The position numbers and the translations under genes are program-made. The notes beneath the pieces were generated by a model that saw only the letters and a program-made list of their open reading frames with translations, was not told the DNA's origin and made no database searches. From Gemmatimonadales bacterium (GTDB lineage Bacteria > Gemmatimonadota > Gemmatimonadetes > Palauibacterales > Palauibacteraceae), in assembly GCA_050114915.1 (NCBI GenBank), contig JASFRN010000003.1:1-58063 (forward strand): a stretch of 58,063 nt of DNA. The letters run 5' to 3'. Each line of letters begins with the position of its first letter. Positions within the stretch are counted from its first letter, which is position 1. Below, one piece after another: positions 1-7,533 of the stretch.

Positions 1-162
1 CCCGTAGTGGTTGATCAACAGCATCTGGCGCTGCTTCCACTCCTCCCAGCACTCCACGCAGATCTCCCGCAGGATCCGCTGGCCGCGCTCGTCGGCGAAC
101 GGGGCCGACTCGAGCGGGCGGGGATCGTCACGGTCGCAGCGTACGCAGTCGAAGTCGGCCAT
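1..162 (-). CDS. yggX: Fe(II)-trafficking / oxidative damage protection protein (YggX family), 3' part runs off the window
   Basis: Not in the ORF track; translated by hand from ATG at 162: MADFDCVRCDRDDPRPLESAPFADERGQRILREICVECWEEWKQRQMLLINHYG. The G-x-RI-x3-IC-x2-CW-x2-W-x3-Q-x-x-LIN pattern is typical of YggX. The start overlaps the USP stop (TGATG). Confidence 0.85.
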   Translation of the reverse strand, partial: MADFDCVRCDRDDPRPLESAPFADERGQRILREICVECWEEWKQRQMLLINHYG

Positions 163-1034
163 CAGAACGGGACGGTGAGCACCGAGCAGTTCGCGCCCTG
201 GATCACCTGGGTGGTGATTCCGCCCAGCAGGACTCGACTCTGGATCCCGGGTGCGTGCGCCTTGCCGACCACGATCAGGTCGGCGTTCTCGGCCTCGGCC
301 GCGTTGAGGATGTGCGTCACGATCGGCCGCCCGCGCACGATCGACGCCTGCACCTGCAGGTCCTTGCGAAGCGCCTGCGGGACCCGGGCGAGAGCGTCCT
401 CGCGTGCCTGGCGCTCGATGCGGTCCAGCGCTTCGTCCACCTTGTTCGGCGAGCTCACCGCCCGCAGGTACGCCTGCAACGTTCCCGGCATCGCGTGCAG
501 CAACACGAGGCGGGTGTGGAAGTACTCCGCGTACTCCGCCGCCGTCGCCGCCACCGGGGCGCTCCCTTCGCGCAGGTCGAGGGCGGCGATGATCGTCTTG
601 TCCTTCTCGGCCCTGACGGGACGCCACACGAGCACCGGGACCTGGGCTTTCCGGACGATCGCCGCGCAGGTGTTTCCGAGTTCGTCGGTAGGCCACACCC
701 GCTTCTGGTGGGCGCCGACCACGACGAGCTCGGAACCGTGCTCCTCGGCGGCCAGCTGAAGCGTCTCCGGCGTCCAGCCGTGGCGGATGTCGTACCTCGC
801 GTCGATGCCGAGCCGGTCGGCGATGTGCTCCAGGTTCGTCCGCACGTCGAGCTCCTTCTCCTCGAGCAGGTCGAGCCGGTCGCCCAGCTCGCGCAGGAGA
901 TACCCCGGCACGCTGAAGCGCTCGATCGAATGGAAGAGCACGAGGTCGGCGTTCGGAAAGCGCGAGACGGCCCAGCGGACCGTCTCGATCGACGAATCCG
1001 AGAAGTCGATGCCGATGAGGATTCTCTGATACAT
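162..1034 (-). CDS. Universal stress protein with tandem UspA domains
   Basis: N-terminal RILIGIDFSDSS, a second domain TIIAALD, and ADLIVVG...VLLGGITTQVIQGANCSVLTVP at the C-terminus. Confidence 0.92.
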   Translation of the reverse strand: MYQRILIGIDFSDSSIETVRWAVSRFPNADLVLFHSIERFSVPGYLLRELGDRLDLLEEKELDVRTNLEHIADRLGIDARYDIRHGWTPETLQLAAEEHGSELVVVGAHQKRVWPTDELGNTCAAIVRKAQVPVLVWRPVRAEKDKTIIAALDLREGSAPVAATAAEYAEYFHTRLVLLHAMPGTLQAYLRAVSSPNKVDEALDRIERQAREDALARVPQALRKDLQVQASIVRGRPIVTHILNAAEAENADLIVVGKAHAPGIQSRVLLGGITTQVIQGANCSVLTVPF

Positions 1035-1094
1035 GGCGTTGACCGGCGACCGGTTGTCGGGTGCGGGAGAGCGGGTCTTTGGCGCGGTGGGAAC

Positions 1095-2222
1095 CTACGC
1101 GCCCGAAGCGGCCGGCGCATCCTCGCCGGGTGCGTCCGGCCGCTGTCGTGCGGCGGATTCGGTCAGGTGCGCCGTCAGCTCGTCGAGCGCCGACCACGGA
1201 TCGCCGGTGCGCTCCGTGGCCGCGATCAGCGCATCGACGGCGGAGCCAACGCCGCCCTCCCGCTCGCAGAGGAGCTGGAAGTCGTCGAGGCGCGTGTAGT
1301 AGAGGAGTCTCGACAGGAGCCAGGCGTTGTCGACGCGGTCGGGATCGATCTCGCCGTAGCGTCCTCCCCGCAGCTGCGGCACGATCTCCGTGCGAAAACG
1401 GTCCGCGGCCGCCTCGATGATCTCGCGCTTGCGTCGCCGCTTCGAATCGTCGGGCGCATCACTCGCGTACAGGGCCGCGAGCGGCTCGTAGAGAGTATGG
1501 AAGAAACGGCCGAATACCCGGGTGTCGTGCCAGCGCTCGCGCGCCGTCTCGCAAGGGCCCGGGTCCGCCGTGGCGTTGCAGAAGTATTCGATCGCGCCCA
1601 CGTGGCCGACGAAATTCGCGAAGCTCTCGTTGAACTGCGCATGCCCCTTCGGAAAGAAGGTCGTATGCGTGATTTCGTGGATGACCGTCTCTGCGATCGA
1701 GACGCTGTCGCCTCGCAGGGCGGGCGAGAGGATCGGGTCGGGGAACCAGCCCAGCGTGCTGAACGCCGCGCTCGGCCGAACGTAGGTGTCGTACCCCTGT
1801 TTCTCGAGCTCGGCGGCCTCCGCGTACGCGGCCTCGAAATCGAAGTACCCCTTGTAGGGCAGGGAGCCCACGATCGGCCACCACCACGTCTTCCAGCGCA
1901 GCTCCAGCTCCGGCGCGGCCGACACCACCATGACCAGCGTGTCGCGGTCGAGCTGCGCGTAACTTCGGAAGCTGTCGCCCGAATTCAGCCCGAGCCGCCG
2001 CTCGGCGAACACGCGCACCTGTCGCACGAGCTCGAGCTTGGCCCGCAGCTCCGGGGGCACGTCGGGATCCTCCACCGCCGTCTCGATCGGCTGGCGGGCG
2101 GAGAGGATCTTCGCCTCCTGGTAGCCGGCGTGCAGGACGTACGCGGGCGAACACGCCGAGCAGGAGACGGCGAGGGCGGCCACGAGACCGAGCAGGACGC
2201 AAATCAGGACCGTGCGGCGCAT
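1095..2222 (-). CDS. Putative Zn-dependent aminopeptidase, exported or lipoprotein
   Basis: HEITH zinc motif followed by FNESFA, plus WWWPIVG-x-x-PYKGYF and AFSTLGWF-x-DP motifs. Hydrophobic N-terminus with Cys. GAGGT SD before ATG at 2222. Confidence 0.8.
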   Translation of the reverse strand: MRRTVLICVLLGLVAALAVSCSACSPAYVLHAGYQEAKILSARQPIETAVEDPDVPPELRAKLELVRQVRVFAERRLGLNSGDSFRSYAQLDRDTLVMVVSAAPELELRWKTWWWPIVGSLPYKGYFDFEAAYAEAAELEKQGYDTYVRPSAAFSTLGWFPDPILSPALRGDSVSIAETVIHEITHTTFFPKGHAQFNESFANFVGHVGAIEYFCNATADPGPCETARERWHDTRVFGRFFHTLYEPLAALYASDAPDDSKRRRKREIIEAAADRFRTEIVPQLRGGRYGEIDPDRVDNAWLLSRLLYYTRLDDFQLLCEREGGVGSAVDALIAATERTGDPWSALDELTAHLTESAARQRPDAPGEDAPAASGA

Positions 2223-2297
2223 ACCTCTTCGGGCGGCGGTGGACACCGGCCACCGTTTCGGCGACCTTCGCCTGAGGCAAAACGGGCGGGAGGTCGA

Positions 2298-3611
2298 GTG
2301 AGTTTCACGGACATTCTATACAGCCTCGGATGGCAGACGGTCCGTCCCCTCCTCTGGGTCGCGGGCCGGTTCTCCGACAAGCTGGCGCGCGCGGTCGCGG
2401 GGCGGAAGGCGGCGTCGGAGGCGCTGCAGACGTGGGCTGCGGCTCACAGGGCGGCTACGTCGCCTCTCGTCTGGCTGCATGGCGCCTCCGCCGGGGAGCT
2501 CGCCGGCGCGGCGCCGATCGTCGCTCGCCTGCGCGACCGGCGGCCGGAGATGCAGCTCGTCGTGACGTACTCTTCGCCTTCAGGCGAGGCGGCCGCCCGT
2601 CGGCTCCGGCCCGATCATCAGGGGTTCGTCCCCCTCGACCTGCTTGGCCACACCGCGCCCGCGATCGCGGCGCTCCGGCCCTCGGCCCTCGTGTATGCGA
2701 AGCACGACGTGTGGCCGCATCTCACGGCCGCCGCCCGCGCCCACTCCGTGCCGGTCGCTCTCGTCAACGCCACCGTCCGACCCGGGAGCGGGCGTCTCCG
2801 ACGGCCGGGTCGCGCCGTCCTGCGGCGCGCCTACGCCGCCCTCGACGCCGTCGGCGCCGTGGCCGAAGCCGACCGCGATCGGCTGGTCGCCCTCGGGGTT
2901 CGCCCCGGGGTGATCGAGGTCACGGGCGACGCGTCGTTCGACCAGGCCCTGGCGCGGCTCGAGGACGCCGGGGCGCAGGCGCGTCGCCTGCCGCCGCAGG
3001 TGTCGGGGGTGCTGCGCCTCATCGCCGGCTCCACGTGGCCGGAGGACGAGGAGTTCCTGGTCGAGGCGGCCGCGAACCTGGAAGCCCTCGAGCTCGTGCT
3101 CGTCCCGCACGAACCAACGCCGGAGGCGGTGACCAGGATCCGCAACCTCGTGAGCGAGCGCCTGGGACGGCCGATTCGCCTGTACAGCCGGCTGGACGAA
3201 ACGGAGGCTCCCCGTGGACGGCCCGGAGAAGCGCCTCCGCCGCTCGTCGTGGATGCCGTCGGCTTCCTGGCACAGCTCTACCCGGAGGGCGACGCCGCCT
3301 ACGTGGGAGGCGGCCTGGCGGGCACGGGGCTGCACTCGGTCGTCGAGCCCGCGGCGGCAGGGCGGCCCGTCCTGTTCGGGTCACGCCACGATCGTTGGGA
3401 AGCGGTTGCGCTCGTCGACGCCGAGGCCGCGTGTGAAGTGGACCCGACCAACGTCTACGCCGTTCTCGTATCGTTGATGGACGCGAGGCGGCGCCGCCGG
3501 ATGGGCGACGCCGCGCGCAACTGCGTGATGGCGCGGGCCGGGGCCGATGAGCGGGGGGCGGCGCTCGTCCGACGCCTGGTCGACGTCGATTGGGGCCGAC
3601 GTCGCGGTTGA
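2298..3611 (+). CDS. waaA: 3-deoxy-D-manno-octulosonic acid (Kdo) transferase
   Basis: GGAGG SD then GTG at 2298. VWLHGASAGE, LIAGSTW, LVLVPHEP and AYVGGG...HSVVEPAAAGRPVLFG motifs. This is the 3' part of the 255..3611 ORF. Confidence 0.88.
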   Translation: MSFTDILYSLGWQTVRPLLWVAGRFSDKLARAVAGRKAASEALQTWAAAHRAATSPLVWLHGASAGELAGAAPIVARLRDRRPEMQLVVTYSSPSGEAAARRLRPDHQGFVPLDLLGHTAPAIAALRPSALVYAKHDVWPHLTAAARAHSVPVALVNATVRPGSGRLRRPGRAVLRRAYAALDAVGAVAEADRDRLVALGVRPGVIEVTGDASFDQALARLEDAGAQARRLPPQVSGVLRLIAGSTWPEDEEFLVEAAANLEALELVLVPHEPTPEAVTRIRNLVSERLGRPIRLYSRLDETEAPRGRPGEAPPPLVVDAVGFLAQLYPEGDAAYVGGGLAGTGLHSVVEPAAAGRPVLFGSRHDRWEAVALVDAEAACEVDPTNVYAVLVSLMDARRRRRMGDAARNCVMARAGADERGAALVRRLVDVDWGRRRG

Positions 3612-3648
3612 CGGCGACAGGTCGACCCGCCGCTCACGGCGTCCCGCC

Positions 3649-4452
3649 TCAGCGGACCTGCAGGGTGGTCTCCGCCCGACCCGCGTTCCCCGTCTCGGCC
3701 GACACCGCCCGGACCTCGAGCCGGTACTCGCCCGCGGCGGGCGCGCCGAGCGACCCCTCGTAGGTGCTGTCGCCTCCCGAGTACTCGAGCGGCTCTTCGG
3801 CGGCGACGGCGCCGTCCGGCCCGATCAGGCGCGCCGTCACCGCGGGCGCCTCCCACAGGCCGCCCGGGGCGGTGGGGCAGGAGCAAAGCATGCGAACGCG
3901 GGCCCGCACGTCGATCCCGCTCCCCGCGGCCGCCTGCTCGGGCGCCTCGAGGATTTCGACGATGTAGCCCCACAACTCGAGCACGACCCCGTCCCCGGCC
4001 ACGTCCTCGCCCGGCACGAGCAGCAAAGTCGTCGAGGCGCTCGTGAGCGCTTGCGGGAAATCGAGTGGTCCCTCGGCTTCGACCGTGATCATCCGCGGGG
4101 TGGCCAGGTCCAGCGCCGTCGAGTAGACGGCGGCTCCCGGCGTCGTGAACACGTCGGCGTTGCGCTCGCGGGCGTCCATGATCAACCCCGTGTCACCGGT
4201 GCCACCCTCGTGCACGCCTTCGGCCAGCACCTCGCCGCTGGCGGCGTCGCGCACCGTGACCCGCGCGCCGCCGACGGAGCTTCCGATGAGCTTCGCGTCT
4301 CGGGCGACGACGTGAACCGTGAGCCGGGTCGTGTCCGACGCGGCCCGCGCGGCCGGCGAAGCGTCGCACGCGGCGAGCGTCACGAGACCGATCATGGTTC
4401 CGATCATGCCGATCGATGGCAGGAGCGCGCCGCATCGGCGGCTGGAGCGCAT
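3649..4452 (-). CDS. Conserved-looking hypothetical lipoprotein
   Basis: Lipobox LAAC, beta-rich mature region and a CSCP motif. GAGGA SD before ATG at 4452. Confidence 0.7.
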   Translation of the reverse strand: MRSSRRCGALLPSIGMIGTMIGLVTLAACDASPAARAASDTTRLTVHVVARDAKLIGSSVGGARVTVRDAASGEVLAEGVHEGGTGDTGLIMDARERNADVFTTPGAAVYSTALDLATPRMITVEAEGPLDFPQALTSASTTLLLVPGEDVAGDGVVLELWGYIVEILEAPEQAAAGSGIDVRARVRMLCSCPTAPGGLWEAPAVTARLIGPDGAVAAEEPLEYSGGDSTYEGSLGAPAAGEYRLEVRAVSAETGNAGRAETTLQVR

Positions 4453-4538
4453 TTCTGTCTTCCTCATCCTCGTCACTCCGGTGGTCTGCTGATTCCGGTC
4501 CCTGCGATTGTTGCTCGGCGAGCACGGCCGCGCGTCGT

Positions 4539-5216
4539 TTAGGTGTCGAGGCGCGGCCCGGCGGTTCCTCCGTCCGACGCGCGGGGCGCCAGTTCATCGA
4601 GGTCGGTGAACCAGTGGTCCACGATCCCTCGCAGCGCCGTCGCCATGTCCCCCGCCGCGAGCGCCGTGAGGATCCGGCGGTGGAGCCGGACGGACGTCGC
4701 GATCCGCTCCGGCCCCGGCGCGAAGAACGCGAACTCGTAGCGCCGCACCTTGGTCCGTACGCCCTCGACGATCTCGAGCAGGTGTGCGTTCGGGCAGCCG
4801 GCCAGGAGCGCCCGGTGCCACTCGGTGTTCAGGGCTATCCCTTCCGCGCCGTCGGCGGCGGCGTCCAGTCGCCGGTTGATCCGTTCCAGCTCGGCGAGCT
4901 GCTCCACCCCGGGGATGCCCGCCAGCTGCAGGGCGCTCGACTCCAGCAGCGCCAGGCATTCGTACAGCTCGCGCGCCTCTCCCGCCGAGAGGTCGGCCAC
5001 GAAGAACCCGTGATGCGGCCGCGATACGACGAGGCCCGCGCGGTGCAGGCGGCTGAGCGCCTCGCGCAGCGGCGTCCGGCTGGCTCCCATCTCCTCGGCC
5101 AGTCGACTCTCGTTGAGCCGGTCGCCGGCCGGCAGGGAGCCGTCGAGGATACGGTCGAGGAGCAGCTTCTCCAGCTGATCGGCAATCGAGCTGCGGTCCA
5201 CCGTCGCTATCGTCAT
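4539..5216 (-). CDS. GntR family transcriptional regulator (FCD C-terminal domain)
   Basis: wHTH ...GDRLNESRLAEEMGASRTPLREALSRL...G-x-V, followed by an FCD region with NTEWHRAL...N and HRRILTAL. Confidence 0.92.
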   Translation of the reverse strand: MTIATVDRSSIADQLEKLLLDRILDGSLPAGDRLNESRLAEEMGASRTPLREALSRLHRAGLVVSRPHHGFFVADLSAGEARELYECLALLESSALQLAGIPGVEQLAELERINRRLDAAADGAEGIALNTEWHRALLAGCPNAHLLEIVEGVRTKVRRYEFAFFAPGPERIATSVRLHRRILTALAAGDMATALRGIVDHWFTDLDELAPRASDGGTAGPRLDT

Positions 5217-5220
5217 GCGT

Positions 5221-5252
5221 TAAATACTGTATACAGAATACGATGGTGTCAA
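5221..5252 (-). promoter_or_regulatory. GntR promoter with probable autoregulatory operator
   Basis: Perfect TTGACA at 5252-5247, palindrome CTGTATACAG at 5227-5236, AT-rich patch and no SD. The best -10 (TACAGT) has an unusually short 15-nt spacer. Confidence 0.6.
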
Positions 5253-5310
5253 GCAGACCGGATCGGAGCGGCGGGCGGGCGATGGCGGGTCCATGGGCCG
5301 GGAGAGGTGG

Positions 5311-5511
5311 TCAGACCCGCGGCTTGGGCCCCAGCGCGTACCAGAACAGGCAGCCGAAAACGGGTACCGCGAGGACGACGGCTGCCCAGAGGACGATTTC
5401 GCGGATGCCCGGCCGGGCCTTCACGATCAGGCCGATCGACCATACGTCGAGGACCAGGAGCAGGAAGGCGAGGGCCCACCGGGTGTCCAGGGCGAGGATC
5501 CAGTCGAGCAT
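5311..5511 (-). CDS. Small membrane protein (PLDc_N-like)
   Basis: 66 aa, two hydrophobic helices, LDVWSI...ILWAAVVLAVPVFGCLFWYALG pattern. Starts 4 nt after the ABC transporter stop. Confidence 0.75.
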   Translation of the reverse strand: MLDWILALDTRWALAFLLLVLDVWSIGLIVKARPGIREIVLWAAVVLAVPVFGCLFWYALGPKPRV

Positions 5512-5515
5512 GGAG

Positions 5516-7390
5516 CTACGCCGCGTCCGGGGTGGCGAACTGCAATCGGTGCAACCGGGCGTACAGGCCGTCCAGTCGGAGGAGCTCGTCGTGGGTGCCG
5601 GTCTCCCGGATCTCGCCGTGGTGCAGCACCAGGATCCGGTCGGCGTTCTGGATCGTCGACAGCCGGTGCGCGATCACGAGGCTCGTGCGCCCCTGCATGA
5701 GCTCTTCGAGCGCCTCGTCGATCTTCGCCTCGATCTCCGAGTCGACCGAGCTCGTCGCCTCGTCGAGCAGGAGGATCGCGGGGTCGCCGGCGAGCGCGCG
5801 GGCGAAGCTCAGGAGCTGCCGCTCGCCGACGCTGAGGTTCCCGCCCCGCTCGGCGAGCTCCTGGTCGTAGCCATCGGGGAGGCGCCGCACGTATGGATCG
5901 GCCCCCACGCGCTCGGCGGCGGCGCGCACCTGCTCCGGGCCCACGCCCTCGCGGCCGAGGTCGATGTTCCAGCCGGCGCTGCCCGAGAACAAATAGACGT
6001 CCTGGAGCACGAGGCCCATGCTCGTCCGCAGCTCGCCGATCGGAAGGTCGCGGATGTCGATCCCGTCGAGCGTGATGCGCCCTCGCTGCGGCTCGTAGAA
6101 CCGCATCAGCAGGTTGATCAGGGTCGACTTCCCGGCGCCCGTCGCGCCGACGACGGCGACCCGCTCGCCGGGCTCGACCACGAAGTCGATACCCTTGAGC
6201 ACCCACTCCTCGGGGGGCTTACCTTCGGTCCCCGCGGCGTCCGCGGCGCCATCCGGCACGTCGCCCGGGGGCTCCTCGTCCGGCGGCGGCGTCACGTAGC
6301 GGAACCAGACGTCCTCGAACGCGATCCGACCCCTCACCGCGCCGAGGTGCTTCGGCTGCGCCGGCTCGCGGATCTCCGGCTCGCGGTCGAGGAGCCGGAA
6401 CACGCGCTCGGAGCTCGCCATCGCGTTCTGGAGCACGTTGTACTTCTCCGACAGGTCCTGGATCGGCCGGAAGAAGCGCCGCGCGTACTGCAGGAACGCC
6501 GCGATCGTGCCGATCGTCAGCGCCCCGTCCAGCGACCGGGAGCCGCCGTACCAGATGATCAGCGCCAGCGCCACCGCCGAGAGCAGCTCGATGACCGGGA
6601 AGAAGAGCGCGTAGTAAGTGATCGACTTGAGGTGCGCCTGGAGGTGCTCGTCGTTGATGCGGGCGAACTCGCGACGGCTCGGCTCCTGCTGGCCGAACAG
6701 CTGAACGACCGACATCCCGGTGATCCGCTCCTGCAGGTAGGCGTTGATTCGTGCCAGTCGAACCCGAATGTCGCGGTAGGCCTGGCGCACCTTGATCCGG
6801 AACACCATCGCGGCGAGGAACACCACGGGGAGGACCGCGAAGGTCACCAGCGCCAGGCGCCAGTCGAGGAGCAGCATCGCGGTGACGATGGCGCCGATCG
6901 TGAACACGTCGCCGAAGATCGTCACGACGCCCGAGGTGAACATCTCGTTCAGCACCTCGATGTCGCTCGTGACGCGGGTGATCAGCCGCCCCACCGGGTT
7001 CTTGTCGAAGAACTTGAGGTCGAGGCGCTCGAGGTGCCCGAACAGCTCGTCGCGCAGGTCGACCATCACCCGCTGGCCGATCCACGTGGTCAGCAGCGTC
7101 TGCACGTACCCGAGTCCCGCGGCGAGAACCAGCGAGCCGAGGTAGAGGAGGCCGAGCCTCGAGAGGTAGGCCGCGTCGCCCTGCGGGAAGGCCTTGTCGA
7201 TCGCGACCTTCGTCAGCCACGGTCCCACGAGCTCGAGTCCCGAGGCGGCGATCAGCATCAGGATCGCCCCCGTCACGTGCCACTTGTACGGGCGCAGGTA
7301 GGCCAGGAGGCGCTTCATGAGGCGCGAGTCGTACGCCTTTCCGAGCGCTTCCTCTTCCTGCAGGGTGGGGACGGCGGTGTCGCTGGCTAT
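5516..7390 (-). CDS. ABC exporter, fused permease/ATPase (MsbA/MdlB-like); start uncertain
   Basis: Walker A GATGAGKS, signature LSVGERQ, Walker B LLLDEATSSVD, IAHRLST, and a six-TM N-terminal domain. Start placed at ATA 7390 behind a GGAG SD (see findings); the ORF track uses TTG 7456. Confidence 0.9.
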   Translation of the reverse strand: MASDTAVPTLQEEEALGKAYDSRLMKRLLAYLRPYKWHVTGAILMLIAASGLELVGPWLTKVAIDKAFPQGDAAYLSRLGLLYLGSLVLAAGLGYVQTLLTTWIGQRVMVDLRDELFGHLERLDLKFFDKNPVGRLITRVTSDIEVLNEMFTSGVVTIFGDVFTIGAIVTAMLLLDWRLALVTFAVLPVVFLAAMVFRIKVRQAYRDIRVRLARINAYLQERITGMSVVQLFGQQEPSRREFARINDEHLQAHLKSITYYALFFPVIELLSAVALALIIWYGGSRSLDGALTIGTIAAFLQYARRFFRPIQDLSEKYNVLQNAMASSERVFRLLDREPEIREPAQPKHLGAVRGRIAFEDVWFRYVTPPPDEEPPGDVPDGAADAAGTEGKPPEEWVLKGIDFVVEPGERVAVVGATGAGKSTLINLLMRFYEPQRGRITLDGIDIRDLPIGELRTSMGLVLQDVYLFSGSAGWNIDLGREGVGPEQVRAAAERVGADPYVRRLPDGYDQELAERGGNLSVGERQLLSFARALAGDPAILLLDEATSSVDSEIEAKIDEALEELMQGRTSLVIAHRLSTIQNADRILVLHHGEIRETGTHDELLRLDGLYARLHRLQFATPDAA

Positions 7391-7495
7391 GCAGTCTCCC
7401 GTGTGCTTCCGGTCGTCTCGTTCCGGTCCGGCCGCGGAATTCCGTGGAGGCGACAAGGTATGCGGATCACCCGGCCGAGGCGATCCGTCCGCCGA

Positions 7496-7533
7496 TTGCT
7501 CCCGCCCCCGCCGGTCGGCAGTTTTCCCCCATG
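7496..7533 (+). promoter_or_regulatory. Putative sigma70 promoter giving a leaderless uvrA mRNA
   Basis: TTGCTC(7496)-N17-CAGTTT(7519)-N6-ATG(7531), with no SD. Confidence 0.4.

Noticed and set aside
255-2297. 1118-aa plus-strand ORF 255..3611
   Set aside because: Only the part from GTG 2298 (waaA, with SD) is protein-like. The rest is the antisense shadow of the USP and aminopeptidase genes.
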